Under the pieces are notes generated by a model. It saw only the letters and a list, made by a program, of their open reading frames with translations. It made no database searches and was not told the origin of the DNA. Positions 24,350 to 37,419 of a stretch of 64,000 bases of DNA are shown here, one piece after another. Positions within the stretch are counted from its first letter, which is position 1. Every line of letters starts with the position of its first letter. The translations under genes were made by a program, and so were the position numbers. The stretch spans positions 21,204,001 through 21,268,000 of the forward strand of contig OZ360236.1 in assembly GCA_977017645.1 (NCBI GenBank), read 5' to 3'. The DNA is from Torpedo marmorata (taxonomy: Eukaryota).

Positions 24350-26040
24350 AAAAATGAAGCTTCTGTATCTGAATGCACATAGCACTCAAGACAAAGCAGA
24401 TGAACTGTGTGCAAATTGAAATAAATATGATTTGGAGAGTAACAAAGGCCTGAATATTGAGGGGTGTATGACATTTAAGGACTGGAGTGATGAAAAGGTG
24501 GAGGAGTGGATCATTTCATTACTGGTGGTTTAAGTGCCACACTAGGATGCTCTAAGTTCAGGAAATTAGGACATAAAGCAGTTTGAGTGGTGATGGGAAA
24601 TAACTAGGGCACAAAATGACAAGTGGGATTGCTATTCAGGTCTCCTAACAATAACTGAACAGTAAATGAAGGATTAAATAATGAGAGCTTGTCGGAAAGG
24701 TATGGTGATAATCACAGGGGATTTTAATCACAACAGAGTGGAAGAAAATAGCTAGCTGAAATGTTCATCGTCACTTAGGAATAGTTTCTCAGAATAGTAT
24801 ATTCTGGAGCCAAACCCTGGTATTGTGCCACAATAATAATGGATTAATAATGCATTCACGGTGAAGACATTTCTTGGTAGCATTGATCATAACACAACGT
24901 AATCTTGCATTCGGTTTGAACACTGAATTTCATGACTTGTTCATGACAATAAATTCTGATTCTGATTCTGAAGGAGAGAAGAATGAACCCAAAGCTCGGA
25001 TTTTAATTCACGGCAACTTGGAGCACATGAAAGCAGATCTGAATGAGGTGAACTTGCAAATTAGGTTAAAGAATTGTTCAGTTGAAGTGCAAACATTTAA
25101 GTGAAGAGTTTTCAATGAGAAAGAAAGATTCCATGGACAGGGCCACTGTCCCTGACAACTAAAAAAGTTGAAAAGAGTATTAAACATGTAGATAAAGCAC
25201 TGAAGTAAAAACACAATGCTGGAGAAATTCAGCAGGTCAAACAGTATATTTTATATAGTAAAGATAAAGATACATAACCAAAGTTTCGGGCTTGAGTCCT
25301 TCATCAAGGTATGAGCAAAATATAGGCAGGCGCCTGAACAAAATGGTGCGGGTGGGGAAAAGGGTGGAGAGCTGGAGGAAAGAAGGTAGAGGGAAAGGGA
25401 AGAGAGAGAGAATGGGGAGTGGGCTAGCAGAAACTGGAGGTCAATATTAATGCTGTCTTTCACACCCCCTGAACTCTACCCCCTTCCCTCTCCATTCACA
25501 GAGCCTTCCCCCCTCCCCCTGTTTGCTGTTGTGCCCTCCCTCCCTTATCCACCTATTACCTCCTGCCGGTGGGACTGTGCTCTTACCTCTGTCCCTCCCC
25601 CCCACCACCATTTTGCTCGGGTGCCTGTCTACATTTTGTTCATACCTTGATGAAGGGCTCAAGCCCGAAATGTTGGTTATGTATCTTTATCTTTGCTATA
25701 TAAAGTACACTGTTTGACCTGCTAAGTTTCTCCAGCATTGTGTTTTTACTTCAATCATGGTGTCTGCAAACTTTGTTTTACTCTAGATAAAGCACTTATT
25801 GGTGCAAAAAAAGGTGGCCGGTCATAAGATTGGGGGAAAAAAGCAAAATGGCAAAGAATGACTTACAGGTTAATAACAAAAAAGGCAAAGCTTGCAAGAT
25901 CTATAATAGGAGATGGTAAGAATTTCTGTCAATATTTTATTCAGGTGTTTTTCATTGGTCTTACTATGGAAGATACAAGCAACATTGTAGTAAACGTGGT
26001 TTAAATGTTGAATTGGGGGAAAGAATGAAGGGAAAATTAC
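24350..26040 (+). mobile_element. Old decayed CR1 ORF2 (APE region) with younger insertions
   Basis: Remnants ctgtatctgaatgcacatagc (LYLNAHS, like LYxNARS) and ggggattttaat (GDFN). Confidence 0.55.
25202..25783 (+). mobile_element. Penelope-derived non-autonomous element with inverted 5' copy of its own 3' end and hammerhead-like motifs
   Basis: 25202-25340 is an inverted repeat of about 25615-25755. 13-bp TSD tagataaagcact at 25189-25201 and 25784-25796. Motif ccttgatgaagggctcaagcccgaaatgttgg. Confidence 0.78.
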
Positions 26041-26291
26041 AATCACCAGAAAGCAAGTGGTTGGAGCAGGTTGATATGTCTCTGGGTCCAAAGGAACTGA
26101 AACCAATGGGGTTTAAGAAAGCCTGTCATATGGTTGGAAACGTTTCGAACAAATTGTAATCCTTTATTCAAATTTTTTTTGAGGCATGTGTATATCTGTC
26201 TCCCCTGTTGAATTGTTTTATTTAACACATCATAAAGCAGGCCAGCTTTTAGTTTATGTCATATGAATGCAAGCTCTTTAATTCTTTGACC

Positions 26292-27152
26292 ACGGTTAAC
26301 GTAGCAGTTCGCGCAACACTGTTACAGCGCCAGCGACCAGGATTCGAATCCAGCGCTGAGTGTAAGGTGTTTGTTCGTTCTCCCCGTGTCTGCATGGGTT
26401 TCCTCCGGGTGCTCCGGTTTCCTCCCACCTTTCAAAACATACCGGGGGTTGTAGGTTAATTGGGTGTACAGTACGTTTCCGATTATCTGAAAACCACTCA
26501 CCGAAAATTTCAGTTGTCTGAAAAAAATTTTGGCGGCAACATGACGTCACAAGTTGAAAAAAAAATTTCACCCGACGTGCTCATGTGGGGCTCTGACGCG
26601 CTGTTTGTACCAGTTTGGTAACATCAGTGAGCGGCTCGAGGAAGTCGGCGGGTCAGGCAGCGCATGGGGAGATTGTCCTCGTTTCAGGTAACTCCATCCC
26701 CTCTCTCTTTCGATTTCTTCTTTACCCTCCACTGTACTTGGTTCTCCGCTATCCCAGTGTCATTAAGGAGAGCGGCCTCCCGGACAGGAGCGGGGACCTC
26801 GGGCTCCCGGGCAGGATCGGCGACGGCGGTGGGGAAGTGTCGGGGATCTGCGACGGCGGCAGGAGCGGGGACCTCGGGCTCCCGGGCAGGATTGGCGACA
26901 GCGGTGGGGAGGTGCCGGGGATCGGAGATGGCGGTGGGGAGGTGTCGGGGATTGGCGACGGCCGATACAAGTATTCTGCTGATGCTACTGGGCTGCTTAA
27001 AGCCATTTCTCAGTTATCCGAAAAATGCAGTTAACCGATACACGTCCGGTCCCGAGCATTTCGGATAATCGGAAACACACTGTATGTAATTGGTTGGCAT
27101 GGGCTCGTGGGCCTGAAAGGCCTGTTACCGAACTGTATGTCTAAATTTAAAT
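26292..27152 (+). mobile_element. V-SINE (HE1-like) split by a Tigger-like insertion
   Basis: SINE head and body at 26292-26468; the tail resumes at 27085-27152. Confidence 0.85.
26469..27082. mobile_element. TcMar/Tigger-like MITE with GC-rich internal repeats
   Basis: TIRs cagtacgtttccgattatctgaaa / tttcggataatcggaaacacactg with TA TSD. Repeats ggcgacggcggtgggga at 26775-26960. Confidence 0.85.
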
Positions 27153-27683
27153 AAGTTCATGTCCCTTTACCTTTATACTTTCCAATATCATAGTAACCTT
27201 CTGGCTGACTGCATGTTACTTCCATTCTCTATCTGGGAAGTATTTGAATGATCCAGGATTTAGAGAAGTGATCGATTGCTTCCTTGCTCTTGGGAGAATC
27301 AGCATTTGGGCAGATGCATGAGACCCCTTCAGTCCACATGCATTGTTTTAAACGTAACACAAGGAAAAGCAGACTGATAAGGCAAGAAGGATGGAGGACA
27401 ATTACTTTTGGAGACAAAAGAGCAATTACTTTTGCTTGTGCACTTTGACAGAGGAATGAAGTTTTGTGGCTATTCGGTCGGGGAGATCTATACAGTGCCA
27501 ATGTAGATTTTGTGTCATGAGGATGCAAAGCTCTTCTCCAGGATGCTTCCTCTTCTGACCAGAAGCGTTACCTTGGCAATGAGCCTCGGCAGTCCTTCAA
27601 GTCCACTCAATAATGGACTTGAAGGACTGCCGAGGAAAATGGAACAGGGTTCAAGTTGATGAAAATGATACAAAGAAGACTCA

Positions 27684-27845
<162 letters not shown>

Positions 27846-28062
27846 CTACTACTAGAGATATCATTCAACCAAGATCAAACCCAAATATGCTGTAGTATAT
27901 TTTGAACCTCAGTGGAACCTATTCAAAACTTCCCTTTCTGGGTTATTCTCTTTCATACACCGGAGAGACTAGGATTTTCACTTGTATAACCAGTCATATC
28001 AATGCAGACGACTTGAAACAACTCAATGTAGAATTGGTAAATGGAAACTGCCTTTAAAATCA

Positions 28063-28065
<3 letters not shown>

Positions 28066-28099
<34 letters not shown>

Positions 28100-28108
28100 T
28101 CTCTCTCT
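28066..28108. repeat. (CT)n microsatellite
   Basis: Near-pure CT run. Confidence 0.95.
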
Positions 28109-28580
28109 CAAATATATAAAACATGAGATGCTGTAAAACTGAAAATAAAAAAAAAATGCTGGAAATATTCAACAGGTCAGGCAGCACCTGTCGAAAGAGA
28201 TGTTTCGAGTCTGAGATTGTACATCAGAACTGGGAAAGAGAGAAAAACACATTAGTTTTCAATAGGAGAAAAGCAGGGGGAGGAGTGGGAAGAACAAAGG
28301 GAATATTGCTTGTAGGGTGAATTCAAATGGAATAATGGCGACAGCTATAAGTATATTAAGCTTCTTTGTCTTGTTTAATGTGTTGTAACTGGTGAGGCCG
28401 TGGGCCATGCCCAGCCGACCAGACTAAGTGAATAAAGAAAACTGATCCAAAAGGATAACAAAGCAGAAATGGCCAGCCTGATAAAAACAAAGAGTGAGTT
28501 ACCTGAAGTTGGAGAATTCAACATTAAATTTAAAATAAACCCACATTGAAGACAAACTGCTCTTCAAGCTTGCATTAGAC

Positions 28581-28953
28581 CAGTGGTTTTCAAACTGCCC
28601 CACTAAACTCACATTCCACCTTAAGTAATCCCTATGCCATAAGTGCTCTGTGATTAGTAAGGGATTGCTTAAAGTGGTATGTGAGTGGAAAGAAAAAATT
28701 TGAAACCCACTGTTTTAATCGTACCTAATTGACTCGTTATGTGCACGGTTTCATAACTCCAAAGGAAATGGGCCAATGACAATTTTTCTCAAGCAAAATA
28801 TTTCAGTAACAATTGGGTCTGGAGCAGTGGTTCTCAACCTTCCTTCCCACTCACATACCACCTTAAGCAATCCCTTACTAATCACAGAGCACTTATGGCA
28901 TAGGGATTGCTTAAGGTGGAATGTGAGTCTAGGGGGCAGTTTGAAAACCGCTG
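28581..28953. mobile_element. Composite hAT (Charlie-like) MITE with long inverted arms
   Basis: 28581-28712 and 28825-28953 are inverted copies, each bounded by cagtggtt..ca / ttgaaa..ctg. Flanks cattagac / atttagac. Confidence 0.85.
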
Positions 28954-29302
28954 ATTTAGACCTTGTTGTATGACTAAACTTTGAATTATTTTAATATCTC
29001 CATATATTGGATCAAATTTTGGTAAAGCTGGAGAAACTTGAATTTTTGAATCATTAAAGGGACTAAATGAATGTTATGTGGGTTTTCCATAGATTTAATC
29101 ACTTCCTGAACTAAATTAAAATATCAAATGATTCACACCAGGCTACTTCTTCAGCTAACTTAAAATCATTGTTAATCTGAAGTTTTTCTAAAAGTTTTGT
29201 TTCTGGTTCGTCAAGCAGAGGCGTACTTTCTGAGGTCAAAATTCTTTTGCACATCAAAGGTGTTGAGGGTCATTGGGCAGCACCATCAATGTTCATGAAG
29301 CA

Positions 29303-30130
29303 GAATCAGAATTTATTGTCATGAACATGTCACAAAATTTGTGGTTTTGCAACAGCATCATAGTGCAAACATTTATATAAACCACATTTCAAAATAAATA
29401 AAATAGTGCAAAAAAAAAGACACAGTGTCTGTGGTTCATTGTTCATTCAGGAATCTGATGGCAGAGGGAAAGAAGCTGGCCTTGTGCCGCTGAGTGCTCA
29501 TCTTCAGGCACCTGTACCTTTTTCCCCATGGTAGCAGAGTAAAGAGGGCATTGACTGGGTGGTGGGGTCCTTGAGGATAAAGGCTGCTTTCCTAAGACCC
29601 GCCTCTTGTAGATGTCCTCGATGGAGTGAAGTCTGGTGCCAGTGATGTCCCAGGCCAAGTTACCAACCCTCTGGAGTTTTTCTCCTGTCCTGAGCGTTGG
29701 CACCTCCGTACCAGACAGTGATGCAACCAGCCAGAATGCTCTCCATGGTACACCTGTAGAAGTTTTCGAGAGTCTTCAGTGACATACCGAATCTCTTCAA
29801 ACTCCTCACAAAATTTAGCCGCTGGCGAGCCTTCTTCGTGATTGCATCGACATGGAGGCTCCAAGACAGATCCTCAGAGATGTTGACACCCATGAATTTT
29901 AAGTTCTTGACCCTCCCCACTGCTGACCCCTCGATGAGGACTGGTTCAAGTTCTCCTGATTTCCTCCTGAAGTCCACAATCATCTCCTTGGTTTTGCTAA
30001 CATAGGATGCAAGTTTGTTGTTGTGACACCACTCAACTAGCTGATCGATCTCCCTCCTGTACGCTTCCTCATTGCCGTCTGTTATTCTGCCAAACAACCA
30101 TGGCATCATCGGCAAATTTGCAGATAGCAA
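29303..30130 (-). mobile_element. Rex1/Babar-type LINE, 5'-truncated
   Basis: YRREIDQLVEWC, KTKEMIVDFRR, ISEDLSWSLH, FYRCTMESILAGCITVWYG. Tail (ttctga)n. Confidence 0.9.
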
Positions 30131-30659
30131 TTGGAGCTTCAATGTACACTGGACAGATAAGCCCACTTGATTGTCATTTGATTCACCACTCAAACTATTC
30201 ACTCTCTTCAACTTTGACATGCTGTGGTAGCAGTGTTCAACTTCCACTAAAAAACACTTGCCAATGTTACTCCATCAGCACCTCCCAAATCCACCACCAT
30301 CACAGTTGCTGGAGGCATCAGCAAATGCAACTTCCTTCCCCCAAGTCACGCACTGCCTTAATCAGTAAATTTTCCTCCATCATCACTTGAGTGTAAATCT
30401 CTCTAAAGAATAATGTGGGAAAACATTCACCACAAGGTATTTCAAGGTAGGGTCTTACCGTGACCTTCTCAAGGGCAGTTAAGGATGGGAAATAAATACT
30501 GACCTTGCTAATTCCCACAAAAGAAAACATTAAAATTCTGATAGTCCCAGTGCTGTCTGGATTATTTAAGGGATAAACTATTAAATTTGACTTGCACATC
30601 ACACATCTGTTTCTTTCCAATGAATCTGAAAAACAGCTTATTTTTTTCCTATTCAGAAT

Positions 30660-31136
30660 TACCATATATACTCGTGTAATCATCAATTTTTTTGGACCAC
30701 TTTTTCGGGCCAAAAAAGGGGTGGGTCGACTTTTACATGGGTTGAACTTTTGACCTCGTGAAGTACCTGCGTTGTTCAAAGCAGGGAACTCAGATAGTCG
30801 GAGCCGGGTGGTAAGTCCACGGTAGGGAGTTCGGATGGGCTGGCGACCGGAGGAAGAATCACGGTCCAGAGCTCGGATGGGCAGGCGGCCGGGGCGTCAG
30901 GAGTTTGGATGGGCAGGCGACCGAGGCAAGAATCTGTGGTTGGGAGAGCAGATAGGCAAGCGGCTAGGGTGAGGGTCCACTGTAAGGGCGTGGGGAGCTC
31001 GGATGGACGGGTGGTCGGGGCCACAAATAGAGGGGTCGGCTTTTACACAGGTCATACAAAAACACCTGATTTTTGGGCCAAAAAAAGAGGGGTCGACTAT
31101 TAAACGGTATCGACGATTACACGAGTATATACGATA
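30660..31136. mobile_element. Tc1/mariner (pogo-like) MITE
   Basis: TIRs taccatatatactcgtgtaat / attacacgagtatatacgata. Longer relative of 60353-60618 in the opposite orientation. Confidence 0.8.
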
Positions 31137-31473
31137 ATTTAAACTTTTTAAAAAAATCTCCCACAGATGCTTGTCCACTACTGTCACTGAATGTGTTTGA
31201 ACACATCTCAAAGTCTGTCTAACCTTCCCAGTTTCTGTGGCACACTTAATTTAAAATTCTACCGCATAATCCTTAAATCCTGTCCTTGACAAAAGTAGTT
31301 CCTCAGGTCTAAATTTAACCTAGTTGTTAAAATCTCAAAGCTCTTTCCTAAATCATCCCCTCTTCATACTCCTCCCCAAAGTTTCAACAAGCAACACTCC
31401 TCATCACTTCCAGTCTGAGTTCAAGGATCCACTTGTCCTTCTGACTGCCATTTTCAAAAATATTCTTTAATTT

Positions 31474-31732
31474 TAAAAATTTTTATTTAGACATACAGCA
31501 CGGTAACTGGCCATTTCGGCCCACGAGTCCGTGCTGCCCAATTTACACCCAATTAACCTACACCCCCGGAATGTTTCGAACTGTGGGAGGAAACCGGAGC
31601 CCCCAGGGAAAACCCATGCAGACACGGGGAGAACGTACCAACTCCTTACAGACAGCGCGGTATTTGAACCCTGGTCCTGATCGCTGGTGCTGTAAAGGCG
31701 TTGCGCTAACCACTTCGCCAACCATGCCGCCC
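31474..31732 (-). mobile_element. tRNA-derived V-SINE (HE1-like)
   Basis: Full-length reverse complement of the 33759 copy. Confidence 0.88.
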
Positions 31733-32019
31733 ACATGTAAAGGTCAAAATTAAACATCTCAGTCAGTTGTTTGTTCAGAGGCATCCTTTATTTTGCTTGT
31801 CCCTGTTCGTATATTTCTTTCACCTTTACTATCTTCGAATACTGAATCCACAGTTTGAATAACCTTTTTCCCAAATCTTGTTGTTGCTCTGTTATATAAA
31901 CAGATGAATTCATTATCCACATCCTTCCATTTAATCTCCTGTGTATGGCACCAATAGAGGTCATTTATCTTCTTGGGTTCATATTGGCTCCAGCAGAACA
32001 AACCAAATATTTTTTCCAA

Positions 32020-32578
32020 GATAAAAATGCCAAATACTAGTGGACATGCATATTAGGTGAGAAGACGCAAGTTTAAAGGAGATGTGTGGCAAGATTTTTT
32101 TTACACATGTATGCCTGGAGTGGGCTGCCAGGAATAGTAGTGGAAGATGATCATGTTGAAGGTTTGGATCTGGAGCTCAGGTTGCCGATGGATCGAACAG
32201 GAATCTGTGCGGCTGCAGAGGCTACGGGGGCGCTCGAGGCAAATCCATGGGCAGTCAGTGACTCTGAAGGGACTCTCATTTGCTTCTCTTTCTCTCGTAC
32301 TGTAAAGGGTGCTGGGCTACACTAATGGCGACTCTTTGTCTGCCTTACGGCAGGCAGAAGGCAATTTTGTGGTATACTATTGCATGACAATAAAGGAATC
32401 TTGGAATCTTGTATGATACAATAGTACCACTTAAGAGGCTTCTAGATGGACAGATGAATATGGAGCGATATGGATCATGTTGCAGGGAGAAGAGATTTTG
32501 TTTAATTTGGCATCATGTTCAGTGCAGACATAGTGGCTGAAAGTTCCTGATCCTGTGTTGTACATTTCTATGTTCTAA
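32020..32578 (+). mobile_element. CR1 3' fragment interrupted at about 32152-32412 by a non-coding retroposon with a Rex1-like tail
   Basis: CR1 actagtggacatgc..AWSGLPGIVVE. The insert ends tgacaataaaggaatcttggaatcttg; possible short TSD atgat. Confidence 0.65.
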
Positions 32579-32639
32579 TTCCATCAATCCTGTTCACCTA
32601 TTGTCCTGCAACTTATTCACCCTCCCATACCCATTGATT

Positions 32640-33100
32640 CTCCTTTGGTTCTTTTGTCACTTACCTGCACAACCCGAACAATCTAAAATAAAAACAGTAA
32701 AACCCATGCCAGAAGCACTAGAGCACAAAAGATCTAAAACCTCATTGTGCCAAAAGTTTCTGGGCTGTGTCCCTGACAGACATAAACCAGACACCTGACC
32801 CACTGTCTCCCCAGCTAAACCACACCTTCTGCAACTTCTTTCCATATTAGGCCTTTCAAGAGCCAAGGCATTTTGAACAGGAGACACATTTGATGTAAGT
32901 AACAAGAAGGTGATGTCACCTGATTGCTTGAAAGACGTGTATCCCTTGACACAGCTGTGGAATTGGGGGTCATTCTAGTAGCAAGACATCCCAATACTTT
33001 GTTGACCGAGTCTGGACCATGTCCATCCAGTTGCTCTGTAAATTCCGATTTCCTTTCTACTAGCATTATCCCTATCAACACCCTCACTAAAACTAACAGC
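32640..33100 (-). mobile_element. Decayed RLE-type (R2/NeSL-like) non-LTR retrotransposon fragment
   Basis: CRRCGLAGETVGQVSGLC..HNEVLDLLCSSASGMGFTV is a CCHC knuckle plus RHN-type motif, homologous to 60890..61147. Confidence 0.65.
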
Positions 33101-33105
33101 CATAG

Positions 33106-33348
33106 TGGTTAACACAACGCCTTTACAGCGCCAGCGATCGGGACCGGGGTTCGAATCCCGCGCTGTCTGTAAGGAGTTTATACGTTCTCCCCGTGTTTGC
33201 GTGGGTTTTCCCCGGGGGCTCCGGTTTCCTCCCACCGTTCAAAACGTACCGGGGGTGTAGGTCATTTGGGTATAATTGGGCGGCACGGGCTCGTGGGCCG
33301 AAATGGCCTGTTATCGTGCTGTATGTCCAAATTTTTTTAAATTTTAAA
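33106..33348 (+). mobile_element. tRNA-derived V-SINE (HE1-like)
   Basis: B-box gggttcgaatccc, V-domain, tail ggccgaaatggcctg. Confidence 0.88.
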
Positions 33349-33758
33349 TAACGAAAAATCAAACTGGAAACTCGGGCAATTATCCAACCAATATGTCGAT
33401 ATTGAACAACATCCCCACCTGTTATTTCACTGATCTATCTAACATGGATCCCTTGGGATTAACTCACATTGGTAAATTTCATTACTTACTGCATTCAGTT
33501 TGTTGTCTTTTGCAAATTGTAACTTAAAAATACTGTCTTCTAAATCAATGGTAATGCTCTGTAATTTATGAAAATTATAACTAACACTGCCTCCTCTGGG
33601 ATTTCACAACTGGATTCCACATCATATCTCCCATTTTTTCCTGTTTATATTGCAGCCACATATTGTTCCAAACTGTTGTATCCGTATTATGAATCTATAA
33701 TGTGGAACAATGTATAATATCTTCTTCATGTTTATACCTAAATTCTTTACTACATTTA

Positions 33759-34012
33759 GGGCGGCACGGTTAGTGTAGCGGTTAGCACAGCGCTATTACA
33801 GCGCCAGCGATTGGGACAAGGGTTCGAATCCCACGCTGTCTGTAAGGAGTTTGTACGTTCTCCCCGTGTCTGCGTGGGTTTCCTCCAGGTGTTCCAGTTT
33901 CCTCCCACCGTTCGAAACGTACCGGGAGTTGTAGGTTAATTTGGAGTAATTGGGCGGCACGGGCTCGTGGGCCGAAATGGCCTGTTACCGTGCTGTATGT
34001 CCAAATTTAAAT
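33759..34012 (+). mobile_element. tRNA-derived V-SINE (HE1-like), full length
   Basis: Head gggcggcacggttagtgtagcggttagc, B-box ggttcgaatccc, core tctccccgtgtctgcgtgggtttcctcc. Confidence 0.9.
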
Positions 34013-34657
34013 TTTACATCTAAACTTTATTGTAAAATATTAACCTTCACCAGTAAAACTGAACATATGAAAATCCAATTGAACTGACATTCTATTGGAT
34101 TCATTCATAAATGTGGTAAGTTTATAAGTAGGCTTCACCAAAAATTTAACATGGGTATAAGCATTGTTAGTTTGAAATCTGATTTACACTTGTTGATTGT
34201 AACTATCAGCCTTAATGGTTCTCTAATGCTGGCAGATTTGCTTATGCTTTGCAAACAACTTCGAGATAACTTTGTGACTGAGAGCTGGGTGAAGCTAGCA
34301 AAAGCTGTAGGAACAAAGTTCATTTATTAAACTGCCATATGACCAAATTAAGGAATTAGATTCTGAGGCAGGTGTTCAATCTTGAATTAACGTATAATAT
34401 TTGATCTGATTGATAAATAATTAAATAAATTTCAACATGAGCACTGGGAGTGGCTAGCCTATTCATTTAAATTGTGTCCTGGTTGATGACTATGCTCCAG
34501 TAATCACTTCTCTCATCTGCAATTGAACTGGAAAGAGAAAATAGTCTGATGGACACTTCCCGTTTTTACTGAATATTTAAAATGCTCCTATTTTAAAACA
34601 ACAGGGAATAAAAGAGTCGGTGATTACTCAGAAATAATACAAACTCTAGTGTAAATT

Positions 34658-34880
34658 GTGGTTAGTGTAGCGATTGGCGCAACACTATTACAGCGCCAGT
34701 GACCCGGGATCGAATTCGGCGCCATCCATAAGGAGTTTGCATGTTCTCCGCAGTGCTCCGGTTTTCTCCCACACTCCAAAATGTACGGGGGTTGTAGGTT
34801 AGTTTGGGTCTAATTGAGCAGCACGGTTTAAATGGCCAGAACTAGCTTCTACCGTGCTGTAAATGAAATGTTAATTTAAA
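34658..34880 (+). mobile_element. tRNA-derived V-SINE (HE1-like), diverged
   Basis: ggttagtgtagcg..ttacagcgccag..aaggagtttg. Confidence 0.8.
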
Positions 34881-34918
34881 AAATAAATAGTTCACAGGTC
34901 TATTAAGTTCTAAATTCA

Positions 34919-35071
<153 letters not shown>

Positions 35072-36055
35072 TCAAACACAATTTTTGGAGCAGCTTTAAA
35101 TAACTTTAACATCCGTTGCTGCGACCTACAGAACTTAGCAACAATTTTTTTTTGGTTGGTACAAAGATTGTCATTCTATTTTTCTCATATGTGTTGTCCT
35201 TTATTCAGTTTTGTGAAAGGAATGTCCCAATTTGTTCGGGTGCACACAATTTCAACAAGGGATCAACTATCTGAACGCTACACAAGCTAATATAGGTGGT
35301 GTAAAGGAGAGCCTAGTCACAACTGTGTGTGTTGTTTTCGATCTAAGATAAAGGCCCAAGGTTCCTCCCATGCTTATTGAAAGGCACAAGGCTAAAATAA
35401 TTTATATCGCCAAGGCCTAAGTAGTTTATTCAGAACGGGGAATGGGCCTCTGAAGGATGCCTCTTCACAACTCTGACCTTGTCAAGGAAGTTGTTGACCC
35501 CCAACATTGTGATGTAGTGTTGTTATTTAAGACATAAAAATTATGAGTGTGTTTTGCAGGCTATTCAACTTGAATGGTGTTTGAGGACAGAAAGTTAAAT
35601 ATATTTTAAAGTATCGGAGCTTAAATTGCATTGAATGAAAAAGATAAGTAATTCAAGAAAAGTACTGCTTTAGGTTGCTTGGTTTTGGAAGATTGAGTGG
35701 ACCCCACCCCCCGCCTGCCCCACTCCAGCCTTCAGTTATCAATTTCGTGTCAGATTTCTCATCCAAAATCAATGAGGCTTTGCTCTCTATTCTGATTTAT
35801 GGTCTGGACCACCAGTAAATACATCTCAATGGGGAAAGGAAGGGAAAAGTCACAATTTTCAACAGAAAGATCTGTTGAAATAATCACCAAAATTGAAGGT
35901 GCTTAATATTTTCCAGGGTATCCTTTAATGGGTTACTTGACTTCACAAACCCAGGGTTTTTTTGAGAGATGATTGAGTGGATTGTGGAAGACGTTCTGCA
36001 CTGATTTAGAATATGTTTTTTTCGCTCATGATTCAAGATCAACCAAACTGCTTAC

Positions 36056-36222
36056 CAATCTCCTCTGCGGTTTAATGAGCGGTCGGTTCATCCCATTCAT
36101 CTTGTGATACAACCCACAGGCATTGCAGAGATAATGGCCCGTTCCATCCCGTCTCCAGAGTGGAGTAGACATGGACCCACAATTCACACACTCCCGACCC
36201 TCGGGGAACTCTTCCAACATTT
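36056..36222 (-). CDS. GATA5: GATA5 exon 3 (N-terminal zinc finger)
   Basis: Acceptor ttaaatag, donor TTG/gtaagc. 167 nt encoding (E)[55 protein letters not shown]. Confidence 0.96.
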
Positions 36223-37419
36223 CTATTTAATCAAATAAAGCAGAAAGAAAGAAATCAGTGACATCTGGTTTGTATAATACAGAGATTTGTGACTGTCAGA
36301 AAAGTGCATCCTGTTAAAAATATGTTCTAAAGAAATAAAATAAAAAATGGCTCCACAGCTAATAAATTATATTATTTATTACCCTACTCAGTCCTGGAGT
36401 ATGTTATCTTTAATTCATAATACATGAAAAAGCACATTAGCTTAAACTGGTGTAATTCTATACTATTAGCAAGGAAAAATAATGTTTAGATCACTTAGAA
36501 TCTAAGGTATTATGGAATTTCACCAAAAGGAGAACCATAATATTTCCTCCAATAATACTAAGTATTATTAAATTGTGATTTTGGTCACAATTCATATCCA
36601 TTATATATGCCAGTAAAAAGGATAAATGGTACAAATATCTGTCAAGATTTGAATTGTTTTTAACATCTCAATTGATTGAAAAATAAGAAAGGCTTACAAT
36701 TGATCGACAGTGTTCTTGGGCAAATTTTGTGACTTCACACTTGTATATTAATTTGACATATCAGTTTTCCTAGCATTGTATAAATGTTAAAATGGATGCA
36801 AGTTAGATATTTCTATCTTAAAATGATGCAAGTGGAATTCTAAATATTGGGAAGTTTCCACATAGCTTGAAGGAATAAGTGTTTTGTTCCACTGCATGTC
36901 TGTGAAAAGGCCTAACATTTGCCACAGAGAATTAACTTTCTCTTCCAATTACTAGCAGCAATGATAGTCAGGAGTCAATAGTACTTTCCAAATAAATGCT
37001 GAATAGTCAGTAAAAGATTTCCAAAAATGTAGGTGGAGGACAATACTTTACGATTTTATTGTAAGCAAGATGGACATCAGATCCAAATGCAATAAATATA
37101 GTGGATGTTTTGTAGTTGAAACGTGTCTGACAATCCATGTTAGTGATTCCTCTCTTACACTGGAAACAATAAATTTTATTGTGATCAAAAAGGTGGCATC
37201 CAAACGTGCCTGCGACTGCATTGTTACTTTATGCACCGTAAAGTGCTTTTAATAGAAGGCACAAATCATTTCCAAGGAAGATGAAAAAGAGATTAAACTG
37301 CAGGGCTTTTTTTTTTGAAGAGGGTTGGTGATAGAAATCATAATGCCTTGCCAAACTTTCCCGTTTTTCATCAAAGTGTTTTTGGATGTTGACTAGTGGC
37401 GACAAGGAGACTGGCTCCG

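Noticed and set aside
26615-27068. Gly-rich and Pro/Ser-rich ORFs (139, 134 and 85 aa)
   Set aside because: By-products of GC-rich repeats inside a TIR element, open in several frames.
33759-33835. tRNA genes
   Set aside because: The A/B-box heads continue into a shared SINE body in about ten copies and do not form a full cloverleaf.
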